Assembly: GCA_028534125.1 (NCBI GenBank)
Contig: CM052817.1
Span: 89,778,001 to 89,842,000, forward strand
Length of the DNA: 64,000 bases
From: Lama glama
Lineage: Eukaryota
Direction: 5' to 3'
Numbering within the stretch: position 1 is the stretch's first letter; the number at the start of each line of letters is the position of its first letter. Under the pieces are notes generated by a model, which was not told the origin of the DNA, searched no databases, and worked only from the letters and a program-made list of their open reading frames with translations. Of this stretch, positions 12,575-26,570 are shown in pieces. The position numbers and the translations under genes were made by a program.

Positions 12575-15500
12575 GATCAGAACTTCAACAAAGAGATAGA
12601 AAATATTAAAAAAAAGAACTAATCAGAGCTGAAGAATACAAAAACTGAAATGAAAAATAACCTAGATGGAATCAATAGCACAATAGATGATGCAAAAATG
12701 GATCAGTGATCTGGAAGACAGGGTGGTACAGATCATCCAATTGGAACAAAACATTTTTTAAAAGAATTTTTAAAAATTAGAATAGTTTAATGGATCCCTG
12801 GGAAAACATCAAGTGTACTATATTCACATGAAGAAGAAGGAGGAGGGGGAGGAGGAGAGGAAGGGGAGGAGGAGAGGAAGGGGAAGAAGAAGAAGAGAGA
12901 AAGAGACAGAAAACTTACTTGAAGAAACTTCCCTAACCTGAAGAAAACAGACATCTAAATCTAAGATGCACAGAGTACCAAACAAGATGAACCCAAAGAG
13001 ACTCACAAGACACATTACAATTATATGTAAAAAGTAGAAGATAAAGAGAGAATCTTAAGTAGCAAGAGAAAAACAACTAGTATGTACAAGAGAATCCTCT
13101 GTAAGACTATCAGTGGTTTTTCAGCAGAAACTTTACAGGTCAAAACTTTAAAGGATGAAATGGGGAAAAAAATAAAAAAGAAAGAAAACCACCAAGATGT
13201 CTCTACCCATGAAAGTTACCATTCAGAATTGAAGGAGAAATAAAGAATTTCTCAGACAAGCAATAGGCAAAGGAGTTCATCACCACTAAAAAACATAAAG
13301 CAATGTTAAAGTGTCTTTTTAAAATGGGAAAGAAAAGCCCATAACTAGAAACAAATAAATTGTGAAAGAAAATATCTCAGTGCTCAAAGCAAACATATAG
13401 TAAAGATAATGGATTGACCACATGGAAAGCTAGACTGAAGGTTAAAAGACAGAAGTATTAAGTTCATCTGTATATGAAATAATTACTTAAACAATACAAA
13501 AAATAAAAAGATGTAAAATATGATGTTCAAATCATAAAACATACGGAGGAGAACTAAAAATGTAGTGCTTTTAAAATGTACTCAAACTGAAGCAATCATC
13601 AACTTAAAACAGACTGCAATATACGTGGATTGTTATACGTAAACCTTGTGGTAATGACAAACCAAAAATCTATAACAGATACACAAAAAATAAAGAGGAA
13701 GAAATACAAACTTAACACTGAAGAAAGTCATCACATCACAACTGAAAAAAAGAGAGGAAGCAAGACAAAGAGAACTAAATAAAACTGAAAACAATTAACA
13801 AAATGGCAATAAGTAAATACTTATTAATAGTCACTTTAAATGTAAATGGACTAACTGCTTCAATCGAAAGACACAAAATGGCTGAATACATAAAAATACA
13901 AGACTCATCTACAGACTGATTCAACAATACAAAATATGAGTAGACTGACTGATTACCAGTAATAACAGTGAATCAGCAATTTAAAAACTTCCCAACAACG
14001 GAAGTCCAGGACCAGACACCTTCACAGGTGGATTCTATAAAACATGTAAAGTACGATGAATGCCTATCCTGCTCAAACTATTCCAAAATAATTGAAGAGA
14101 AAGGAACACTTCTGAACTTAGTCTAGGAAGTCAGCATTACTCTGATACCAAAACCAGACAAGGACACCACAAAAAAATTACAAAACAGTATCACTGAAGA
14201 AGATAGATGCAAAAATTCTCAACAAATATCAGCAAACCAAATTTGACAATAGATTAAAAAGATCACACACCACGATCAAGTGGGATTTATCCCACGGATT
14301 CATGGGTGGTTTAATACTCGCAAATCAGTCAATGTGATACACCACAGTAACAAATTGAATAAAAATCATATCATCATTTTACTAGATGCAGAAAAAGATT
14401 TTGACACAACTCAACATCCATTTATGATAAAAATTCTTAACAAAACTGGATATAGAGGAACATATCTGAACATAATAAAGCCCATCATACCTACAGCCAA
14501 CATCATATTCAATTATGAAAAGCTGAAAGTTACTCCCCTAGGATCAGAAACACATCAAGGACACCTACTCTTGTTGCTTTTATTCAATACAGCACTGGAA
14601 GTCCTTGACAGCAATTAAACAAGAAAAAGATAAAAAGGCATCTAAATTGTAATGGAAGGCATAAAAATATAACTATTTGCAGATGATGTTAGGTATGATA
14701 TTATATATGAAAAACCACAAGATGACACCAAAAACTATTAGAACTAAAAAATAAATCCAGAAAAATTTTAGGATACAAAATTAATACCAAAACTCTGTTG
14801 CATTTCTACACATTAGTAACAAATTATTAGAAAGAGAAATGAAGAAGACAACCCCAATCTCAACTACGATTGCATCAAAAAGAATAAAATGCCTAGGAAT
14901 AATTTAACCAAGAAGGTGAAAGATCTGTACTTTAAAACTAGAAGACTTTGATGAAAATAATTGAAAGCAATGAAAATGTATGGAAAGATATACCATGCTC
15001 ATGGATTGGAAGAATTAATATTGCTAAAATGTCCATGCTACCCAAAGCAATACAGATCAATGCAATCTTTATCAAAATACTGACAGCATTTTTCAGAGAA
15101 CTGAAAAAAATAACCATAAAAGTTATGTGGAACCACAAAAGAACCTGAACAGCCAAAGCAATCTTGAGAAAGAAGAACCAACCTAGACGCATTATGTGCC
15201 TTGCTTTCAAACTATATTACAAAGTTACAGTCATCAAAACAGTATGGTATTGGCACAAAAACAGACATGCAGATTAATAAAACAAAATATAGAGCCCAGA
15301 AATAATCCCAGGCTTGTATGGCCAATTATTCTACATCAAAGGAGGCAAGAATATACAATGAAAACACATGAAGAAACAAAATACAAACAGATTAAAAGAT
15401 ACAGAGAACAAACTGGTAGTTGCTGGGGGAGGAGTAGAGAGGAGTGGCTGAAGTAGGTGAAAGACTTAAGAGACACAAACTTCTAGTTATAAGATAAATA

Positions 15501-15690
15501 AGTCATGGGGATATAATATACCAAGTAGGGAATATAATCAAAGTAATGTAATAACTTTAATTGGTGATAGATAGTAACTAGATGATGATAATATCATAAC
15601 ATATATGAATGTTAAATCACTGTGTTATACTCAGAAACTAATATAATAATATTGTATATCAATTATTCCTCAATAGGAGAAAAGTAAAAA
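12575..15690 (+). mobile_element. Degenerate L1 with internal deletions (ORF1 3' part, ORF2 fragments, 3' UTR)
   Basis: ORF1-like sequence at 12575-13350. ORF2 start at ~13803 breaks off at ~13912. RT motifs ([26 protein letters not shown] ~14673, WKDIPCSWIGRINI). Jumps to the 3' UTR at ~15360. Confidence 0.93.
12830..12912. repeat. Polypurine (GAA/GGA/GA) low-complexity tract inside L1 ORF1
   Basis: ~80 nt almost exclusively A/G. Confidence 0.9.
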
Positions 15691-16479
15691 GCAAAATAGA
15701 TGAAGCACTAAGCTGATATAACTGGAAGAAGAAATATTCATAGCTCCAAATTATAGTGGGGGACTTCGCCATCTCTCTCAGGAATTGATAGAATCACAAA
15801 ACGGAAAATCAGCATGTGTTTTATACTAAATTTAGGATATGTTATCTGTAGTATTGACACAAAATTGAGGTAGGAGAGTCTCATTTTAGCAACCTGATAA
15901 TTACAGGTGTGTATGTAAATGTCTATATTCAGATAGAAAGATAAAAAGTGAGGAATGGAAGAAGAAAGGAAGAAAAGAGAAAGAAAACAAAAAAGAGAAA
16001 AAAAATACTAAAGGAGGGATTTTTGAAAGGATAGCTACCAAATATTAAAAAGTAAGTCTGAAGACAGTATTGAAATATTTATTCTATTCTTTATTAATCT
16101 TTGTTGAATTTTTTATGATAATCATACAGTTGTATAAATTAAGAAAGAAATGTAATGCTATTTCTCTGTTGAAAGGTACAACTGTTGAGTTATCTTCTGA
16201 TGATATTAAATTTGATAATACATTGCAAGTGTTAAAAATGATCTTTGCCCAAGTTAAATTTCAAATAATTACTTGTGTAAATAAAACTCAAAATTATACT
16301 AAATAGATATTAAGAATGAAAAGAGGCCTATATCACTCATATATTATTTTATTCTCCTTATTTGGAATGCATTTATGAAAATAAATTTACCATATAAGTA
16401 TACTTGTCGATCATTTTCTGTGAAACATTTAATCAAATATGGAACATAATAATCTGCATCAGTGGATCTGTGCTGATGG

Positions 16480-19400
16480 CTTTGTGAACATAGGGCTGAA
16501 GGACATCTGGCTGATTGCATTCTCACAGTTGAAGTCGGGCCAAGGGCAATGCCAACAACAGTGCAGTTTGTAAGCCTGCACAATGGGTGACAGATGACAC
16601 CACAGAGCATACTTCCTGGTGGACAGCTCTTGCAGAGCAATACTCAGTGCCTCGTCTCCTAACAGGAGCCCACTCTACTCCTGCCTTCCTCACATTACAG
16701 CTCAAAAATGGATCTGGGAGCTTCTACTTCAACAACTGGGGAATAAACTTGGCCCCTGACAGTGCTATAACAACCACAGAGAAAAGAGGATGCCCCACTC
16801 TATATCCATTGCAGGTTCTGGTTACCACAGCACCAATCACATCCACTAGCAAGGGGATAACAGCAAGCACACCATGAGGAAAGATGTGACAGACATCCAT
16901 GATAAAAACAGCTCTTGCACCAAAAATATTAGACTCATGTAGCTTACACAGGGATACTCCTACAGAAAAATAGCCCTTTAAGGCCACGATAGATAACTGT
17001 TTCTCATAACTTCCTAGAGTCAGAGAAAAATAAATAAAATAAAGAAGCAGAAAAACCTCTCTCAACTAAAAGAACAAGAGAATACCCCTAAAAGAACAAA
17101 CAATGAAAGATCTCTCCAGTCCATTAGGACCCAAGTTCATAAAGGAGGTAATATAAATGCTGAAAGAATTAAAGGTTAATTATAGAAATACAGATTACTG
17201 TAAAAAAGAACTAGAAACAATAAAGAAAAGGTAATTAAAATTAGAAAACACATTGCTGAGAAGAAAAGTTGGGTTAAATGCAATAAATAGCAAACTAAAT
17301 AACTAAATAATGCATAAGAACAAATAAATGATCTAGAAGATAGAATAATGGAAATCACACAATCAGAAGAGCATACAGGAAGACAAATTTTAAAAAAAGC
17401 AATATATGAGACCTAGGGGATAATATAAAGTGTACCAATCTACACATAATAAGGATCTCAGAAGAAGAAGAAAGAGAAAAGGGTATTGAAACTGTATCTG
17501 AAAGAAGTATGGCTGTAAACTTTCCAAACCTAAAGAAGGGAACAGATATCCAGGTACAAGAAGCACAGAGGGTACTAAACACGTAGAACCCAAACAGACC
17601 TACAGTAAGACATATTATAATTAAAATGGCAGAATAGAGAGAAGATTCTAAAGATAGAAAGAGGAAAACAAAGACTTAACTACAAGGGAAGCCTCATAAG
17701 GCTATCATCCGATTTCTCAACAGAAATACTGCAGGCCAGAAGCGAGTGGCAAGATAATATTCAAAATCCTGCAATGGAAAAATCTGCAACCTAGGATACT
17801 CTACCCACAGCAAGATTATCATATAGAATAGAAGCAGAAATAAAGAACTTCTCAGACAAGCAAAACTAAAAGAATACACCAATACTAAATCTACCCTAAA
17901 AGAAATATTGAAATGTCTTTTCCAAACAGAAAAGAAGTAAGAACCTATAGAAAAGAAAAAAAATCACAACGGGAATTGCAGTAAGTACATGGAACAGCAT
18001 AAGAATAAACATGAAAATGTAAAAGAGGACACCAATTCATAAAATCTAGGGAAGGGCAGTAAGAAAACGTAGACTCTTTTTAGAATGTGTTTAAGCCTCT
18101 ATGACTACCAGTCTAAAGCAAGTAGATATAGTAATGGATTAACATATCTGAAAAATAGGGTAACCACCAAACAAAAAATGCAATAAATTAACAGAAACGA
18201 CAAAGAAGAGAAAACAGGCATAATACAAAAGAAAAACCATCAAACCACAAAAGGAAAAAGTAAAAGAAAAAGAAAGAAGCAAAGAACAAATACAAAATCA
18301 ACTGGGAAACAAGGTTTAAAATGGCAATAAATACATATCTATCAATAATTCCCTTAAATGTCAATGGACTAAACACTCCAATCAAAAGACACAGAATGGC
18401 AGATTGGATAATAAAATAAGAGCCTACAATATGCTGCCTGAAAGATACCCACTTTAGGGCAAAGAACACACTTAAATTGAAAACAATGGGATGGAAAAAG
18501 AGACTTTATGCAAATGGAAATGACAAGAAACAAGGAGTAGCAATACTCATATCAGACAAAATTGACTTTAAAACAAACTCTAAAGAAAGATAAAGAAGGA
18601 TACTATACAATGATAAAAGAATCAATATTAAAAATGATATTACATTCATTAACACATATGTACCCAATACTGGAGCATCAAAATACATAAAACAAATACT
18701 AACAGACATAGAAGGAGAAACTGATGGGAACACAATAGTAACACATTTAAACACCCCACTGACATCAATGGACAGATCCTCCAGACAGAAAAATCATTAA
18801 GGCAAGAGAGATCATAAATGACATAATAGAAAAGTTACAGTTAATTAATATTTTGAGAACATAACATACAAAAAAACCCAGAATACACATTCTTTTCAAA
18901 TGCACATGAAACATTCTCAAGGATAGACCACATACTAGGACACAAAATTAGCCTGAACAAATTTAAGAGTACAGAAATTATTCTAAGCATCTCTTTTGAC
19001 CACAGTGGTGTGGAACTAGAAATAAGCCACAGACATAGAAATGAGAAAAAAAAAAAAAGATTACATGGGGACTAAATAACATGCTACTAAAAATCCAATG
19101 GGTCAACAATGAAATCAAAGAGGAAATTAAAAAATACCTTGAGATAAATGACAATGAAAATACAATCAAACAAAATCTATGGGATGCAGCAAAAGCAATT
19201 CTAAGAGGAAAATTCATGATGATACAGGCCTTCCTCAAAAAACAAGAAAAATCCCAAGTAAACAACTTAACCTACCACCTAAAAAAAAAAATTAGAAAAA
19301 GAAGAACAAACAAAACTTAAAGTCAGGAGAAGGAAGGAAATAATAGAGATAAAAGAGGAAATATATAAAATAAAGATTAAAAATAGAAAAATAAACAATA

Positions 19401-22400
19401 AAATCAAGAGCTGGTTTTTTGAAAGGGTAAAGAATATTGACAAACCTCCACCCTGGCTCACCAAGAAGAAATGAGAAAGGATCTAAATAAACGAAATAAG
19501 AAGTGAAAGAGGAGAAATAACAACCAATACTGCAGGCATACAAAAAAACTTAAGAGAATAAATCAACAATTTATGCCAACAAATTGGACAACATAGAAGA
19601 AATGAACAACTTTCTAGAAACATACAGTCCACCAAAACTGAATCAAGAAGACATCAATAATTTGAAAAGACCAATCACTAGATGAGAAATAGAATCTATA
19701 ATCAAACAAACAAACAAACAATCAAACAAACAAAAAACTCAAAAGTAAGTAAAGGACCAGATGGCCTCACAGGGAATTCTACCAAACATACAAAGAAGAA
19801 CTTGTACCAATTCTTCTCAAAATTTCCAAACAGATTGAAGAGAAGGGAAGACTCCCAAAATCATTCTATGAAGCCACCATCACCCTGATAGCAAAACAAG
19901 ACAAAGACACTACCAAAAATGAAACTTACAGGCCAATATCTTTGATGAATATTGATGCAAAATTCTCAACAAAATATTAATAAGCCAAATCCAACAACAC
20001 ATAAAAAGATCACACATTACTCTCAAGTTGTATTCATCCCAGGGACACAAAGATGGTTCAACATACAGAAATCAATCAATGTGATACACCACATCAATAA
20101 AAGAAAAGACAAAAACTACATGATCATCTCAATAGATGCAGAAAAGCATTTAACAAAATTCAACATCTATTCATGATAAAAAGTCTTACCAATGCTTGTA
20201 CAGAGGGAACATATCTCAGCATAATAGCTATTCATGACAAACCCACAGCCAACATAACTCAAAAGTGAAAAGCTGAAAGTCTTCCTGCTAAAATCTGGAA
20301 GAAGAGAAGGAGGCTCACTCTCACCACTTCTATTCAACACAGTATTAGAAATCCTAGTAACAGCAGTAGATAAGAAAAAGAAGTAAAAGGGATCCAAATT
20401 GGAAGGTAAGTGGTAAAAATGTCATTATATACAGAGGACATACTATATGGATATATATATACTATATATTATATGCAGATGACATACTATAAATAGATAC
20501 ATAATATACAGATGACATGATTTTATACATATAAAATGATTCCACACAAAAACTACTACAACTGATAAATATACTCAACAAGGTAGCAGGATATAAGAGT
20601 TACATACAGAAATCTGCTGCATTTCTTTACACTAGCAATAAAATATCAGAAAGGGAAAGTAAAAAAAAAATACATTTTAAAATTACATCAAAAAATACTT
20701 AGGAATAAACCTGACCAAGGAGGTGAAAGACTTACAGGCTGAGAACTATAAAACATTGATTAAAGAAACTGAAGACGATTCAAAGAAATGGAAAGATATC
20801 TCAAGCTCTTATACTGGAAGTTAACGTTGTTAAAAAGGCCATACTACCTCAAGTGATCTACAGATTTAATGTGATCCCTATGAAATAACCCATGACATTT
20901 TACAGAAATAGAACAAATAATCCTAAAATGTATATGGAACCATAAAATACCTAGAATTGTCAAAACAATCCTGAGGGGAAAAGAACAAAGCTGGATGTAT
21001 AACCCTCCCAGATTTCAAACAATACTACAGAGCTACAGTAAAATGGCATGGTATTGGCACAAAAACAGACATATGGATCAATGGAACAGAACAGAGAGCC
21101 TAGAAATAAAACCCACAGACTTACAGTCAATTAATCTTTGACAATGGAGGTAAGAATATACAATGGAGAAAAGACAGCCTCTTCAGCAAGTGGTGTTGGG
21201 AAAACTGGACAGCTGCATGCAAATCAATGAAGTTAGAACACTCCCTGACACCATACACAAAAATAAAGTCAAAATGGCTTAAAGACTTATATATAAAACA
21301 TGACACCATAAAACTCCTAGAAGAGAACATAGGCAAAACATCTGACATTGATCATAGCAATGTTTTTCCTTAGGTCACCATCCCAAAGCAATAGAAATAA
21401 AAGCAAAAATAAACAAATGGGACCTAGTTGAACTTATAAGCTTTTGCAGAGCAAAGCAGATCATAAACAATACAAAAAGACAATCTAGGGACTAGGAGAA
21501 AATATTTGCAAATGATGTGACTGAAAGGCTTAATTACCAAAATATACAAACAGCTCATAAACTCAACAAACAAAACCAACAAACAAAAACCCAATCAATA
21601 AATGCGCAGAAGACCTAAACAGACATTTCTCCAAAGAAGACATATAGATGGCCAACAGGCCATGAAAAGATGATCAATATCTCTAATTATTAGAGACATG
21701 CAAATCAAAACTACAGTGACCTCACAGTGGTCAAAATGGCCACCAATAAAACATCTACAAATAATAAATGCTGGAGTGTGGAAAAAATGGAGCCCTCTTA
21801 CACTGTTGGTGTAAATGTTAATTGTTGTAAATTGGCAGCCATTATGGAAAACAATATGAAAGTTCCTCAAAAAACTAAAAATAGAGTTACCATATGATCC
21901 AGTAATCCCACTCCTAGGCATATATCCAGAGAAAACTGTAATTTGAAAAGATACAAGCATCTCTAACATTCATAGTACATTATTTATAATAGCCAAGACA
22001 TGGAGGAAACCTAAGTGTCCATCAATAGATGACTGGATAAAGAAGTTGTGTTATACGTATATAAAGGAATACTACTCAGCCATAAAAAGAATGAAATAAT
22101 GCCATTTGCAAAAACCTAGAGATTATCATACTAAGTGAAGTAAGTCAAACAGAGAAAGACAAATATCAAATGATATCACCTATGTGTGGAATCTAAAATA
22201 ATGATACAAATGAACTTATTTACAAACCAGAAATAGACTCACAGACATAGAAAACAAACTCATGGTTATCAAACTGGAAAGGGAGAGGAATGATAAATTA
22301 GGAGTTTAGGATTAGCAGGTACGGACTACCATATATAAAACAGACAAACAACAAGGTCCTACTATAAAGCATGGGGAACTATATTCAATATCTTATAATA

Positions 22401-22520
22401 AACCATAGGGAGAGAGAACATATAGAGATATATAGATATATAACTGAATCACTTTGCTGTACACCAGAAACTAACATAACATTGTAAATCAACTATATTT
22501 CAAGAAATTTTTTAAAAGAG
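16480..22520 (+). mobile_element. Near full-length inactivated L1 (5' UTR, ORF1 ~17.0-17.93 kb, ORF2 from 18321, 3' UTR)
   Basis: GC-richer 5' UTR. ORF2 begins MAINTYLSIIPLNVNGLNTPIKRHRMADWI (APE endonuclease), then QNLWDAAKAILRGKF and [20 protein letters not shown] (RT), then the C-terminal domain and 3' UTR. Many stops and frameshifts. Confidence 0.96.
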
Positions 22521-23130
22521 AAAAGAAATCAATGAAATTGAAAACAGAAAAATGAGTAAAATCAATTAACTCAAATGGATCATAAGTCTAAATGTAAACT
22601 GTGGTTCATCCATACAATGAAATACTACTCAGCAATTTAAAAAAAACAACTATTAGTATATTAAACAAGTTGGATAGATCTCAATGGCCTTGCACTGAAT
22701 GAAAAGCCAGTCTCAACATGTGATAAATGTTAAAATTCTTTCATACAGTATTCTCAAAATGACAAGATTATAATATAGAGAACAGATCAATGATTACTGG
22801 GGTAGGATATGATTATACAGGGGAAGTATGACAGAGTGTCATTGATGGTGTGGGACAGTTCTATACACTGGGTATGATGTTGGTTATAAAATTCTAAACA
22901 TGATACAATTTGACAGTATTACACCAAAAAAGGATGAATATTAAAGTTAGTGAATAAATACAAGTTAGTGAATCTGAATAAAGGGTTTAGTTGATAGCAT
23001 TGATCCAATGTCAATTTCTTGGTTCTGATAATTGTGCTAAGGTTATATAAGATTTTTGCCACTGGGGAAGTTGATTGAAAATTACATAGGAGCTCTCTGA
23101 ACTATTTTTTCAACTTTTCAAAATAAAAAG
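22520..23130 (+). mobile_element. Old L1M (L1MC-like) 3' end
   Basis: 'catccatacaatgaaatactactcagcaattt...aatgtcaatttcttggttctgataattgtg' resembles old L1 3' ends. Confidence 0.7.
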
Positions 23131-23139
23131 GTTTAATCA

Positions 23140-23447
23140 TACACACAGAGATAGCACACAGATAAATGTTTGGACACACAGACATGAACTCAAGAATAGT
23201 ATCTGAAGATGAAGGCAGAGACTGCAGTGGTGCTTCTACAAGCCAAGGAATGCCAAAGACTGTCAGCAAACCACGAGAAGTTAGATGAGAGGCATGGAAC
23301 AGACTCTGTCCCACATCCCTCACAAGGAAACAACTTTGTTGACACCTTGATCTTGGACTACTAGTCTCCAGAACTCTGAGACAGTATATTTCTATTGTTT
23401 AGGCCACCCAGTTTGTGTCTTACTTAGGCAGCCCTAGAAAACTACAG
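23140..23447 (+). mobile_element. MLT1C-like MaLR LTR (3' part)
   Basis: 'ctacaagccaaggaatgccaaaga...gacaccttgatcttggact...ctccagaact...gccacccagtttgtg...gcagccctagaaaact'. Confidence 0.85.
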
Positions 23448-23548
23448 ACTATGTAAGACACAGTCAGATTTTCAGAATATATTATATTGCCAGTGTAAGA
23501 CTGGACACATATTTTCTGGTGATGATAAAGAAAATCTGTGTAATGGCC

Positions 23549-23921
23549 TGTCTTAGCCTATTTGGGCTGCTGTAACAAAATATTACACACTGGGTGCCTT
23601 AAAAAACAACAGAAATTTATTTTTTGCAGTTCTAGAAGTAGGAAGTCTAAGATTAGGGTGCCAGCATGGTCTGATTCTGGTGAGAATTCTCTCCCTGTCT
23701 CTCAGATGGCCACCTTCTCAATGAGTCTGCACATGGCAGAGATAGGGAGCTCTCTGATCTCTTTTTAATTAAAGCACTAATCTCATTATGAGAGCCCCAA
23801 ACTCAAGAACTCATCTCAACCTGATTATCTCCCAAAGGCCCCATCACCTTATACCATCACACTGAGGATTAGAGCTTCAACATATGCATTTTGGTGGGAC
23901 TCAAACATTCAGTCCATATCA
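23549..23921 (-). mobile_element. MLT1A-like MaLR solo LTR
   Basis: 'tgtcttagcc...gggctgctgtaacaaaatattacacactggg...aaacattcagtccatatca'. Confidence 0.88.
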
Positions 23922-24802
23922 GTCCCAACAGGCACAACTGAGTTAAGTGCGACTATATGGAATGTTGGAAAACTAAGTGACCATATACCACTAGTATCTA
24001 TTTGTTACATAGTCTGCTTCCCAAGTTAAGTATGAACAGTTTTATCAAATGTTTTGCTATTGTGTACCATACTATTTTCCCAGCCACCACTACTCAACTA
24101 CTAAAATGATGTCACATGTGAAGGTATCTGTTAGGGTAAGGCCATAATCTATGTACCAAAGTCCGTATTAGTCAGAAAAGGCTAAATTATGCTGTGATTG
24201 TAAACAACCTCCAAATCCACTGGCTTAACAATAAAAACAACAGTAAGTTTATTTCTTGTGTTACTGTATATAACATGTGGCTGAGGTAAAATCTCAGCTT
24301 CAGATACTCACAGGGTAAGACTGAAGGAGGCTTGACCATTCTGTAGCTGCAACATTTGGACCACTAGACCTACTTAGGACAGTTCTTGAAGCGTGTGTTA
24401 GATTCTATTGTGGACATAAAAAATATTTTAAATTTCTATTCTATTTCCCACAGCACAGAGTAAAATTGAATATAATCAATGCTGGATTGAACAACAAGAA
24501 AATAAAAGCAAAATGAAAATGAAACAAAAAATATTGAAACCACTACTTCCAAATATGAAATCTGTGTACTTAAGCTGCTTATATAACATTAGATGAAAAT
24601 AATTGCCTACATTTTCCTTAATAAAAGTAGAAATGTTTCCCTTTCTATTTTCTGCTGTTTAGACTAAATAATAAATTTATTTATGAATTTATCATCATTA
24701 GATAATAAAACCTTGCATTGATTTCCAGTTATATTCTAGGTATTATATTATAGGCACTATAAATACATGAATAGAGGAATATTAAAATATTCTTCATTCT
24801 AA

Positions 24803-25026
24803 TTTTACAGATACTAACTACTATATATAAAACAGATAAACAACAGGATCATATTGTATAGCACAGGAAACTATATTCAATACCTTGTAATGGCCTATAA
24901 TGAAAAAGAATATGAAAAGTAATATATATATATAGATGAATCACTATGCTGTACACCAGAAATTAACACAACACTGTAAATCAACTACACTTCAATAACG
25001 TTATAAATTAAAATAAAATGAAAAAA
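24803..25026 (+). mobile_element. Short L1 3' end with A-rich tail
   Basis: Closely similar to the 3' terminus of the L1 at 22320-22505 within this window. Confidence 0.88.
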
Positions 25027-25971
25027 TCTGGAAGACAATATAATCATATAATCTAGAATAAAAAAACATGCAGATGAAATATATATCATTCTCAAATTTC
25101 TAAAGACCTTAAATCATCACAAGTTCTACTTGATTTATTAATAAAATAGGATAAGTATAGAAAGTATACAATTAATCTCTGGTTTTAGAGAGGGTTATCC
25201 TAGGGGAAAAATCACTAAGTAAATAAAGGCTATTATGGCATCGTCTTTTCTCATTTCTCCCTTTCTACCCATCAGTCTAGATTCCCCAGAATCATACGTT
25301 ACTGCCCAAGGAAATCACTGGGAGCTATGTTAGACATTACTTCTGTTCAGTGAACCATTGTTAACTTTATTTCTACCAAAACAAAATTCCAATTCCTAGC
25401 TTATTATAAATCCAGAAGAAAGCAAACAATGGCAATGTGATTTGTTTAAGTTTTAATTTAAACAAAGATCACCTCTATTATTAGAAGGAAATAAATCACA
25501 AACATAAAATAAGTAAGTACATAAATAGGTTCTCTCAATATAAAGAAGTCACCAAGAGTTATATAGAGTAGTAGGGTAGATAATGCTGTCCATGAAAGGC
25601 AGATTAGGAAATTGACTATTAGGCACATGTGTTTCAAGTTATGTGTTATACTACTTTTACATAGATTTTGTCAATTTTGTGCAGATTTCATTATCACCAA
25701 ATGACAAATGAGGAAGATGAAGATTAGAAATTTTTGCAATATAATCAATAGAGCTAAATTGTTTAATAGTTATTAAAAGTTTTAAAACTTCTATTTCTAT
25801 TCCATTATACTACCTGTCAACCCTTATGAAACTATGTTATAGGACTAGCTAAAGAGGGCATTTTATAGCAAGTAATCCAAGATAATAATAAGCACCAATC
25901 CACGCTTAAAATTTTAGCCAGTAGAAAATACATTTTGCTATAAGAAATTCACATAAGAAAAGCTGAAGAAC

Positions 25972-26570
25972 ATACTAGTTTTCTATTGGTATTGTACCTA
26001 ACTACCAAATATTTTGTTGCTTAAAACAAAATAATGTATTTCTCACAGTTTGGTAGGTCAGAAGTCTAGCGTACTTGGCTAGTTTGTCTGCTCATGTCTC
26101 ACAAGGCCAAAATCAAGATTTCAGCAGAGCTATGTTCTTCTCTGGAGGCCCTAGGGGAGAATCTGTTTCAAACTCATTCAAGTTGTTGGCAGAATTTAAC
26201 CTTGCAGCTGAGGTCCTGTTTCCTTGCTGGCTGTCACCGGAGACAAGTCTTAGCTCCTAGGGGCCTCCTTCCCTGTACTTGTAAATGAGTCCCTACATCT
26301 CAAAACTAGCAATGGTGGGTAGAATACTTCTCACAATTTTCTATCTCCTCTGCCTCCTATTCTGCATCATCTTCTCTAAACTTCAGCAGAGAAAGGAACC
26401 TGACTTTTAAGGGCTCCTGTGATTGGGCAGGGTCTAAAACCAACCCATCTCAAATTCCATCAACTTAATTACATCTACAGAGGACCTTTTGAAATGAGTA
26501 ACACATTAACAAGTTTCAGGGATTAGGATATGAATATCTTTGGTGGATCGGTATTATTCAGTCTAACACA
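25972..26570 (-). mobile_element. MLT1E-like MaLR solo LTR
   Basis: 'tagttttctattg...ctcacagtttggtaggtcagaagtc...ctggaggccctaggggagaatctgtttc...ttattcagtctaacaca'. Confidence 0.82.

Noticed and set aside
16344..17065. Cys-rich and other ORFs of 96-113 aa
   Set aside because: They overlap the L1 5' UTR and show no recognisable protein family.
16480..22520. Potentially active full-length L1
   Set aside because: ORF1 and ORF2 are fragmented by many stops and frameshifts, and the RT motif is disrupted.
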